A DNA stretch of 64,000 bases, from positions 12,571,801-12,635,800 of the forward strand of contig OZ037767.1 in the NCBI GenBank assembly GCA_964035545.1, read 5' to 3'. The notes below the pieces were generated by a model. The model saw only the letters and a list, made by a program, of their open reading frames with translations. It did not search any database and was not told where the DNA came from. The DNA comes from Bugula neritina (Eukaryota; Animalia; Bryozoa). How positions within the stretch are numbered: position 1 is the first letter of the stretch; each line of letters opens with the position of its first letter. The position numbers and the translations under genes are program-made. This document shows positions 35,101-47,100 of the stretch, piece after piece.

Positions 35101-38100
35101 CAAAATTTTTTTAAAATTTTGTTACAATTTAGCATAAATGCAAAACTGCTTCAACAACATTTGAAAACATTTTTAATTTTTAGCGCTTTCAATAACTTTA
35201 TTAAAATCTACAAATTTGAAAAGGTTTATTTTAACAAGAATTGTCTTTATTCGGGGGGGGGGGGGTTTCAGTTCGTTAACTCAACACATAATATAAGCCA
35301 TGATACTATAAGACAAAATTACTCCACAAATGAAATGGTAAGTATCCAAAAACATTAGAATAGCGGTGCATATTAAAAAGGGAATGAGTACCTTTCAAGG
35401 CCTCACAACTCTTCACCAGCTCACCCACTGACTGGGCAACAACCTTGGACAAATCTCTCATCCGCAACTTCAGGTCTCCACGGGCAGGTTCATGAAGTAT
35501 CTACAGGAGAAACCAACATAACAACTTAAGGCAACTTCCTAGTCAAAGTCAGCAAAACTTCACTGAGAGATCAATGTGCTGTCAAATCAGATAAAAAGGT
35601 TGAAATTTGGGTCTAAAAACCAACGTAGCTCTAGCAATGCCGTCCCTCACTCAAATAAACAACATTCTCTTAGGCTTAGGGTTCAGTTAATGTCTTTATT
35701 TGGTAAAAATGAAACTGCTATTAATTTCGACCAATTTAATCGTGAACATGCTATTCCCTTGAACTGCTAAATTTAGTTGACGGATTATGAAATGTGACCA
35801 ACACTGAAAGACGGTAGAAAAGGGAAGAATACTCACATCACCAATGTTTGAGAGAAGAGCAAGATAAGATTCTGCTGTGTGTTTAGCAGAAGATAATGTC
35901 TGCTTCTTGATTTGCTCGTTCTCTGCTTCCTGTACAGCTGCCTTGCAGACGACCAACAAGTCACACACGGCCTGTGTGAACAAACAGCAGAACAGAGTAG
36001 ACCCAGTCCTACTCTTTTAGTTCCAACTCATATTTCAACTTAGTATTTCTAGAAGTAACTGTTCAACATGATCAGGTGAATTGAACTCGTAGAATGATTT
36101 GTACAGAGTTTTTGTTCATGCTTTCCTTATTCACAAATAAAAGCAATTTTAACGGAGTTTTTTAATCATGTTTGTCTGGTTTTGACAATTCTAGTAGGGA
36201 TCGATCGGTGTAACTTATCTGTTGTAAAGTGTAAAATATTGCTGATCTATGTGGTTTAATAATAAAAGAGCTACATTCCAATAACTAATAGAAAACACAC
36301 AATCTGATGAGTGATTGTATGAAAAGTAAGAACCAATGTTTTACAGCTTGTATTCTACAGCACACATGCGCCTCTAGTAGGGAGTTCTAGACTCACCTTT
36401 CGACCAGTGTTACTAGCAGATATCACGTCCTCCTGTCTACAAGAGTTGCCAGCAGCCACTGCCTTAGCTGTTGCCGTGGTGATAGGCTTGGTACATCTGA
36501 TAACGTCCTCTGCAGTGGCCACTTTGTCAACTCTGTCCGGGCTGTCAAAACTCTGCAAAAGCAATATAATAGTTTTCTCACCTTGCTTTGTACTCCATAC
36601 ACACCAGCTTAGACGTAATACACCAAATTATTAGACCACAAAAACCCTGTCTAGATTCACCACTAGCACTGCGCCTTTATAAGAAAAGACCTTGACATTT
36701 AACCTGATGCACACTAAAGCCACATATACCAGTCTAGCAAAACTTTCCCACAGCAATAAGTCAAAATATAAATAGTTAATTTCCAGACTAATCTGTCCAC
36801 AATCAGTATAAGTTTCAACACTGCAGTGCAGCTGAAAGGATGTGTATTACTTTGCTGAAGTACGAAAAGCGGCAAAAGTTCCACGTAAAAAACAATTATT
36901 AATAAGCGTGTGCAAAATACAGATCTAAAAGTGTTGAAGTCAAGCAACTCTATTCACTGAGAACAGGCCGAGAACTAGAGGTGAAGGTTCATTAGTTTCA
37001 GGTTTAATATGGATTACTAAATTGGCTTTCGGCGTGAATATTGAGCTGCGAAAACTAGATGAGAAAGTGAATTCACATATTTGTAGAATGGTACTAAAAG
37101 TAGAAAATATCACAACATCTTGAAATATTTGCAAAAACATTTTCACCACGTACACAGCTATTAGGTATTGCGCAACATAAGCGTTAAAATATCAACTAGC
37201 TGCAAAAAGTTACACAAAGAGTACACCAAACTATTAGTGACAAGTACTCTAGTCATTGACTTCACAAAATACCAACAAAATCTTACCGAATCCAAGTCCT
37301 GCGGGAAATGAAATTGTAAACATTATGAAGAGCATAGATTACACAAACTATCAGCTGGGGAAACCTTTAGGAGTTATGTCCCTTGTTCACAGGTTTTACA
37401 ATTGTTTGAAGTTAGAGGCTACCACCGAGCGTGCTTATATTGTGATATGAATAAACTTAGGAAATACTGCTATACTCTCACATAACCATGAGCAGACAAT
37501 CACTATACTTGATCATATGACTCGAAGATTAATCAAGATGAATCGTTCACTTGTTCATATTTTGAGAATAGTTGGAAAAACAAGTAAAAATAGGCACAAA
37601 CAATATTCATGATATAAACATTACATAACAAATAACTAGTGAACACACTAGAAGTTGCATCAAGTATACATCTGAATCTAAACTTATGCCATGCACCTGC
37701 ATGTATCATATATATATATATATAGATATATAGATAACATACTGAGCCCATCACATTTATAATGTAACTTAATTAGTAGCACTTCATAATTTAGCGGCTT
37801 GTAAGACAGAATTTTCTAGAAAAAACTTCACCTTGATTTCCTGTCTGAGAGCTTCAATTGTGGATTCTAGAGCTCGAGTACCGCGCGCCGCCTCATCCTC
37901 TACAGTCTTGACGGTTTTGAGCAGAGAGGTCACATTGTGAACCATGACCTTGGCTGACTCCTTCAGGGCATCCATGCTGGGGTCACCCGGCGGTTTGCCA
38001 GTCGCGTTCTTCGTGCAGGCAATCAACTCTGCCAGTGCCGACGCAACGTCCTTCACAGAGTTGATCAACAGCACCTGGCAACAGGAAAAGACAACTCCTA

Positions 38101-41100
38101 ATGAGACTCTAACTCTAAGAAATTAAGTTAGAAAATTAAAGTCAGCCACTACTACTGCAACGATGCTGGGCATATGTTTGAGATTGCGAATGCACTGAAC
38201 TTATTGTCATGATGAGATTCTGAAGTTACTAAAATTATTGATGAAAAAACTTAAATGCATTCAGCAGACCTTCACCCGCCATTCACAACACTTTCGATAC
38301 TTTCCTTCCTCCAATTAAACAGCTAAACTCTATTATCTCCAGTAAGTAACTTATTTGGCCATTCACGTCTCTGATTACGATAAGAGAAGTCGTAAGCAAA
38401 CCTGGGCTTCCGGCTGATCCGATCCTATGGAAGCTGCCCCTAGTTTCACCACCTCCGCTAAGCCTGAGATTGTCTTGGCAGCTTTCTGAGCAGCTTCTGC
38501 CAGAGCCTCCTGGTTGCTGCTGTTTGCTCCATTAACCAGCGTCTTGGTGTCCTCTACCAGGGTCTTGGCTGTCTTTAGAATTCCCTCCCTTTGTGAGATG
38601 TTACATGTTTATTATGTGCATTACAATAGAATATAAGGTTATTACGTGTATTACAATACATTATATGTTTATTACGTGTATTACAATATATTATATGTTT
38701 ATTATGTGTACTACCACCATATATTTGTTATAGCGTATTATTAAAATATACTACAATATATACAGGTAACAGGTAACACACCCTCAACACTTACCTGTGG
38801 TCAGTGAAGGCGTCTCTATCCGACTCAGATGAGAGAGTTCCTGCAGTGGCAAACATGATTGTAGTGTCAAGATCACCTATGATGCCACTGACCACACTGG
38901 CAGCGTTGATACAGGCCTGAGTACCTCTAGAACTGTCTTGCAGTGCGGCCATGACATAAGACACCTGCAGGAAAAAGAGAAACATGTACAGGTTGACAAG
39001 AGCTCAGTCTATGTTCATCTGAAGGTTGGCAAACCAGTAACTGAAAGCGTACTATGTGCAGACCACTTCATTTCTAGATAAGAGACAATATAGTTAGATA
39101 AAATCAGAATATATTTAACAACTGAAATAACCTGCCATGAACAGGTATTTGTAAATAGATACAGACAGTAGCTTCAATTTCCTTCATAGTAAAACACAAC
39201 AGAGGTAATCCAACTAAATGAAAAGTAAACATAGCAAACTTCACGTTACTGGGTGGGTCTTTATCGCTCACCTATACTGTTTGTGATAGAGAGAGAGGGG
39301 GGGGGAGGAGAGAGAGGGAGAGAGAGAGGGAGAGAGAGAGAGGGGGGAGGGGAGGAGAGAGAGAGGGAGAGAGAGGGAGAGAGAGAGGGAGGGAGAGAGA
39401 GAGAGGGGGGAGGGGGAGAGAGAGCGAGGGAGGGAGGGAGGGAGGGAGAGAGGGAGAGAGGGAGAGAGAGAGAGGGAGAGAGGGAGAGAAAGGGGGAGGG
39501 AGAGGGAGAGGGAGGGAGAGAGAGGGAGAGAGCAGTTCTTACCTTCTCAGACACCTGTCTGGCATTGTCAGCTAATTCTCTCTTAGAGTATGAATCGGTG
39601 GGGTTGTTCTGTACCGTCCCTGCCATCTGCACCAGCTGCATACACGAGTTACCCAAGTCTTGTACTCTACTCTTCAACCTGGCAGCCACCTACGTAATAC
39701 CATCACACTGCATGTTAACAAGACATTTGTTGAAACTTTACTTAACCATAACATCTTGCATATTCCAATTACTATAAATTAGGTGTTGTTATTTGACCAG
39801 TCATACTAAGTACGTAGCAATATGATTGGCAAGTTTTAATGTTGAGCTCTATTACACTCTTCAACATTTTGCAGTTCTACTAAACTAAATTAAACTGATG
39901 AAATGCATAATATGCTGTGGGTCACAGCTCAGCCATGCAGTGAGCTTGATTTAGGGAGTTATCACCTCTTAGAACTGGCAAGATCAAATAGATGGATATA
40001 TTACAACTGAATCAGTGTACTGAGATGACAAACAAGCAGCTGGTAAAAGGCAGCAGCTGACAAGACCAGTGAATCAGGTGTCACGCTGACTCTGGACATT
40101 CTGGGGAAACAGGCTAATTATTTACAGCTTCATGCCGTCATATTATGTGGGTGTAGTATACCATGATATCTTCATAAAAGGTGAAGGTCAACATACACAA
40201 GGTTTTAACTAAACCATCAAAAAATTATTGGATATCAAGTATCAAAAGTCATTACTTTTAAATTAAAAGATAATCTATTGTATATTATGTAAGTGTTGAG
40301 TATAACTGCAGAGGATAAATCATTTTAATACTGAAACCCACCAGGTGCACAGGGGAGGCGACTTGATAATTGTACTTTCTAGTATGAAATGGCTTTGAGG
40401 CATGCAAAAACCTAAGCACTGCATTGTGTTACGTGTGACACACACTTATATCTAAAAGATCGCAAAGAGTTAGAAATAGTTACGTGCGCCGTAGGCAATC
40501 ACACGATCCAAATCTCTCCATAACATTTCATTCTCCAACTTATTCAGTACAGAGAGAATGCAAGGCAGACAACATTGAAGAGCACATTTAAAAATAAGGT
40601 TGGGAAAAACTTGCAATGCAAAAGTATTTTCAAAAGATCAAAGAGTTATGGGACATAAATCACCATGACAATAGGTGCAAAGAGAACACAACCCCTAAAG
40701 GAGTGGATCTATAAAATTGCTTCCAGGGGCAAACTCTAACCTCCAGCTCTCTCCAAGTTACTAAATATTCTAAGTGAGATAACAGCCAATCACAGAGCTG
40801 CTGGGCAGCCAATGAGCAGGCTTGCCGAGTGACAAAGTATAATTGACATGAAGACGGGCAATAGTGATGATTGGCTAATACCTGGGCGAATGACACGCCA
40901 GCATTGGCCACTTCCGTGCTTCTAGCCATCTAGCAAATTGTGCAAGAATGAAGATATCAAGGTAGTCTTAGGTGAAATGCGTATAAACCTGAGAACTGGA
41001 CTAAAGTAAGTTTATTAATCAGGAGTTATCCCATCAAAAGCAATTTAAACATAGCTCATAACTAAAAATATTAATACAATATAAATTGAATGTTAGCTTG

Positions 41101-44100
41101 AGGCCCTACCTCAGAGCTAGGGCTGACACCGCACGCCCCCTGTAACTTCTCAACAAGGTCAGAATACTGTTTAGTCAGCGTGTTAGCCACATGACCTAGC
41201 TCCGCTGCCGTTTCAGGGGTAGATGACTTGCCCACCATTTCCTGTGAGAGCTGAGCGATTCGCTTACATAGCTGCACCATGGAGGTTTGGTAGTCGACGA
41301 ATGAGATGCCAGGAGTCACTACGGCAGTTTGGAACTCAGTCTAATAAACACATAGAACTCAGTCTAATAAACACATAGAATTCAAGTAAATAGAAATAAT
41401 ACAATTAGTTAATATAAATAGAAACCAAGTCTTCTGATGGACTAAATATACATGACTAAGTGCAATGAGTAAGTAGACAGAAACAAAATAAACCAAATAA
41501 TTAAAGATGTAGAGATGAGTATTCCAGTAGCTCTTGCAGTGTAATGGTAAGCACACCGGCTTGCAAGTCTGAGGTCTGCAGTTCAAATCCCAGTGAGGGA
41601 AAATATTTTACAAAATACACGTAACTTGAAGGCAACTTTTCAAATATGAGATGATAGCAACTCAGCTAGTCATACTAAAAGTACACGTGTACCCAACTCA
41701 GCTAGTTATACTAAGAGTACATGTGTACCCAACTCAGCTAGTTATACTAAAAGTACATGTGTACCCAACTCAGCTAGTTATACTAAGAGTACATGTGTAC
41801 CCAACTCAGCTAGCCATATAAGAGTACATTGTGTACCCAACTCAGCTAGCCATACTAAGAGTACATTGTGTACCCAACTCAGCTAGTTATACTAAGAGTA
41901 CATGTGTACCCAACTCAGCTAGTTATACTAAGAGTACATCGTGTACTCAACTCAGCTAGTTATACTAAGAGTACATGTGTACCCAACTCAGCTAGTCATA
42001 CTAAGAGTACACGTGTACCCAACTCAGCTAGCCATACTAAGAGTACATTGTGTACCCAACTCAGTTAGTCATACTAAGAGTACATGTGTACCCAACTCAG
42101 CTAGTTATACTAAGAGTACATGTGTACCCAACTCAGCTAGCCATACTAAGAGTACATTGTGTACCCAACTCAGTTAGTCATACTAAGAGTACATCGTGTA
42201 CCCAACTCAGCTAGCCATACTAAGAGTGCATCGAGTACCCACAAGAAGGTAAACCACAAACCTTGGCGACAGCTTTACTGATGTTATCTATCATAGCGGT
42301 GACAGCGCCTCCCGCACTCGCTGCCTCTTCCATGCTCTTCAGCAGATCCTGAGTGACCTCTTTGAGGTGGGAGGCAGCTTCGTCCATGGCAGGGTGAACT
42401 TGCACAGCTTTAGAGTTACCCCCACTCTCCTGTACATTATACAACATGGTGCTATTCTGAATAGTTCCAACAGGAACTTATCACAGAGTGGAAGGATATT
42501 CACTTAAAACACAACAGAAAGAAAAAATCTTTAAATCGCATAATGTTTAGAATACAAGAAAGTAGCATTAGGGTAAACAAAATAAGCAATCATTTAATAT
42601 AATAAGATAAACTTTGGCTAGATAAACCCACCTTGGCTAGATGTACCCACCTTGGCTAGATAACCCCACCTTAGCTAGAAGAAACCTTGGCTAGATGAAC
42701 CCACCTTGGCTAGATGTACCCACCTTGGCTAGATAAACTCACCTTGGCTGGATGTACCCACCTTGGCTGGATGTACCCACCTTGGCTAGAAGAAACCTTG
42801 GCTAGATGAACCCACCTTGGCTAGATGAACCCACCTTGGCTAGATGAACCCACCTTGGCTAGATAAACTCACCTTGGCTAGATAAACGACTTGGAGGCCG
42901 GATTCCGCTACGGACTTGGTCTGTTCCAATATGGCCGATTGCTGCCGGGAGTTGTACATCTTAGAGGCACACCCGATGCCTCCTTCAGTCAGCGGGTCAA
43001 AGTAGTTGGATATGAGAGTCACTCGGTGGCCTAAACAGAGAGAGTGAAGAGCTTAGCCAGTGTTTTAACTACTTAGTCTATAGTAGAGGGTGGGGGAGGT
43101 ACACTTTATGACTCTCCACCACCAACTAACACTAGGGAGCTGGGATGATATTACAATACTCTTACATTACACAGACTTGGCAATTTCCAACAATATAGAG
43201 ATGAAGTGAAGGTGAGATAAAGACAGGAAGAAATTGAGATGAAGGCGGGATAAGGTAAGATAAAAGTTAGCTAAGCATCACCAGACTCACCTAGTGTCTC
43301 CGCCTCGTTCTTGGCAGCGTGCACCAGGGGGTCAACATTAGCTAATATCTGCTTGCAGCTGCTGATGACCTGCTCCTGGAACCCCTGGACAGTGTTCACT
43401 TCTCTGGGGGTCAGCGACTGACTCATGACAGCGAAGGCGGCAGCATCTAGATCTACAGTGACAGCTAGTATTTAGTACCTGGGAGGTAACATGTGATTTA
43501 GGCAAAGGCATCAGGTAATTGGGCTCTTCATAGACGAATCCCCGACACTCCATTTATGCAGTAATAAACTAGCCTACTTATATATCTTATAGCTATCACT
43601 TCCAGACTGTTTGAGGGTTGTATGCTCAAGTAATTTTGTTTTATAATGGATTTTGTGTCAACAATTCTTAAATCGATTTGGGATTTCTGATCAGGCTATC
43701 TGAAAAAATTAAAGTTTAAACTTTGAAACCAGCCCAGTATTGCAGCAGCTATGAATAGCATGTAATGAAAGTCAGCAATAGTTACTATTAGTTTTATAGC
43801 ACCACCAACTCCAGAGCCGACTGGAGACATCAGCAAGTGATCAGAAATCTGAAATTAATTAAAACATATTTGCACAGAATTTATTATATATAAAACAACC
43901 TTCAAACAGTCTGTAGATGATAGCTATAAGATATATAATATGAATATTTCATTACTGCATTAATGAAGTGTGTCAGGAATTCTTTTCATACAAGCTGAAT
44001 AGATGAAAAAACTGTTGAAGCACTAAGAACTAGTTAATAGCCACAGATAATATAAGTTTGAATATGGATTATAGCTTCAACTACATTTCACATCAACATT

Positions 44101-47100
44101 ATAATATAATCTTGTTTAAATAACGTTGATGTGTCAAAGCTTACAGAACTGAAACATGGCCTATGTAATGGTTCATGCCTCGCCAATCACGGGCTTTCCA
44201 TGTACCGATCTCAGATCGATCTCGCTGAGATCGATCTGAAAAATGTGCTCAGATCGATCGTTTTTCCATGAGAGTGTCAGATCGATCTCACGAAGTTGCC
44301 TCCTCTTAAGTGAAGGATACTTTGAAAGTCTAATTTGTTCACCTATTTGAGTGATTAAAGCTACTACTGTTAAAAACAAGGTAGTCGTAGTCTAAAATTT
44401 AATCCCAGCTATAAACTATACGCAACAAAGCTTTCAGTGTATGGTAATTTGGCCAATTTAACATGATTAATTTTAATTTTTTAGCTTGACAGCTTATATA
44501 AAATTAATGGCTGTCTTGCAGATTATTAATAAACTTACAGGACTGTTAGGCTTAAAATTACAAAGAAAATAGCTAATGAAACTAAGTTTTAATAGTCATT
44601 TAAATTCAATTTAAATTCTCCCATTTTTTTACTTTCTACTGCATATAATTGAGTTTTCTTAATCATTGTACTGAAAGTTAAAGTTTTGGCATCTGAACAG
44701 GTGGCTATCATAATTATTTAATACTTTGCTTAGTAATTATCAATAAGTTATCATTTTTATTAGCAGACAACATTGTAGCGAGCAGTCTTTTTCTACTTCT
44801 CAGATCGATCTTTGGCGTCTTTCCATGGATCGATCTCGCTAAGATCGATCTGAGATCGGTCCATGGAAAGCCGGTGTTTGTCATCTTACAACTGGCTCAC
44901 CTTTGACCCAAGATGACAGGCTCACCTTTGACCCAGTATGACAGGCTCACCTTTGACCCAAGATGACAGCCTCACCTTTGACCCAAGATGACAGGCTCAC
45001 CTTTGACCCAAGATGACAGGCTCACCTTTGACCCAGTATGACAGGCTCACCTTTGACCCAAGCCCAAGATGACAGGCTCATCTTTGACCCAGTATGACAG
45101 GCTCACCTTTGACCCAGTATGACAGGCTCACCTTTGACCCAAGCCCAAAATGACAGGCTCACCTTTGACCCAAAATGACAGGCTCACCTTTGACCCAAGA
45201 TGACAGGCTCACCTTTGACCCAGTATGACAGGCTCACCTTTGACCCAAGATGACAGCCTCACCTTTGACCCAAGATGACAGGCTCACCTTTGACCCAGGA
45301 TGACAGGCTCACCTTTGACCCAGGATGACAGGCTCTCGACAGCCTGATCTGACTCGCGTTGACCCGGCGCTGACTCTCGAATAGCAGTGATCAGCTTCTT
45401 CATGGCATCTGACAGCGTCTTGGAATGAGAGCTGAACGTCTGGTAAGTTGACGGATCTCGAGGAGTGGCGGCCAACTTCTTAGCAGACACCACCATCTTA
45501 GATGAGCTCTCAATCATCTCTCTCCCGGCCTCTATGATTGGCTCCTGGGCTCTACGTGCCTGTAACAACACAAACGATTGGACGGTTTTACACAAGAAAA
45601 TACTACAACTAACCGTAGAAATCAGCCATCTTAAAATAATCTGCTGGCTTTAACAATTTGGTTGAATCAATATTAATGAAAGATGTTGATTTATAATTGA
45701 AAATTAGAAAATCATACAAAGAGCTTTAAATATAAACATATTTTTATTGGTTAATGTCTTTTAATAAACATCAATATTGAACATTTAATAAGTGGACAAG
45801 GAGAGAGAAATCAGTTACGTTGTGCATAGAAGACACCAAGTTTTGTGTCTCCAACACCAATGAGGGGAAAGTGAGCAACAGCTAGTTGTTGAGTAGAGCT
45901 CTGTGTTATAACAGTCAAGGTTAGCACAAGAACCGGGAGACACGAAACCAGCAGTACCAGCTCCTGCTTTGGCACGCACCATTTCATATCAATTTTTCGA
46001 CTGTTGAATGCAGATACACTGAAGATTGGTGGCAAATAGAAAGCTTATAGAATGTAGATAGTATAGCATGCAGGAGCTGATACAATTTCACTTGAGGTAC
46101 CATTGATTCGAAAGTTAGTTTGTGATTCTGAGATTTAAAAAGTTTAACCTTGACCCAAGAAGTGAGGCGCTGATGACGTATGACAGAGTAGACAGATACT
46201 TACCTCTGCTTCAGCCTGGAGTAAGTACAGAGTAAGTTATGTATACGAACAAGTACACAGTATAATATAAACAGACTAAAATGTCCTAAGCAAGATTATT
46301 GGCATTATTTCACTATTTGTGGAGTGATTAAGTGATAAAAAAATATGGGAGCATCTGCTATAAATAGAGCTTTTCTTCACTTTTATTCACCTATTGCTAC
46401 AAGTATATGACTTCACAAAGCTTACAACTAGGCGCTTTCCCTTGACAACCAGAAGCTTTCCCTTGGCAACCAGAAGGTTGAGAGAAGACAACTCTGAGAT
46501 GTTCAATTCCATTTCACATGATGTTTCAGCTACCAATTGGTTTACAATTGACATAAGGTTTCAACTACATATGCAGCTGGATTTTTTAACAAATTCCTTT
46601 TGGACAGTCCGGGTGCAAAGATGAGTATTCTCACCCAGTCACTAGCCCTACACTTCAGTATTTGTTTTCTTTATCCAGGACAAATTATTTTGCTGAAACT
46701 TTAAATAGGACTTTTTTGTCTTCTTTCTACTTGCCAGTAAACAACTTTCCCAGATAGACTAAGTTACTTAGCTTATGTTCAATTGACATGGGAACATGTC
46801 TGAGATATCCATGTAAACCAGGAAAAGTGAGGCTTCAGTTAAAAACATCACAGTGAATTCCTATTAATCAGTATATCGATGTTTTCATAACCTTCAGTTA
46901 ACCATATCTCTATTTCCTTAATTTATCTGATATGAGCATATATGACTACGTAACCACTTCCTGTGAGACAAACAGACAGACATACCTCCTTGCTGATACG
47001 AGCAGGTATACTGGCGAACTCCGGGGATGAGCCGTATGTAGTCAGTTTCTCCACGGCATCTATCAGCGGCCGGGATGTTTCTGCGCACAGCTGTTTATTC

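Noticed and set aside
39253-39777. 174-aa ER/G-rich plus-strand ORF
   Set aside because: GA microsatellite plus the antisense of a talin exon.
40660-40929. 89-aa ORF and CCAAT-box cluster in a talin intron
   Set aside because: No fitting splice sites and the flanking talin exons join without it; probably a transposon interior whose ends I could not define.
41527-41600. Functional tRNA-Cys gene
   Set aside because: Acceptor stem pairs poorly and a diverged second copy exists at 10448-10525; more likely a SINE head or pseudogene. tRNAscan-SE would decide.
41868-42177. Repetitive ORFs (YPTQLVILRVHV)
   Set aside because: Translation of the 36-bp minisatellite.
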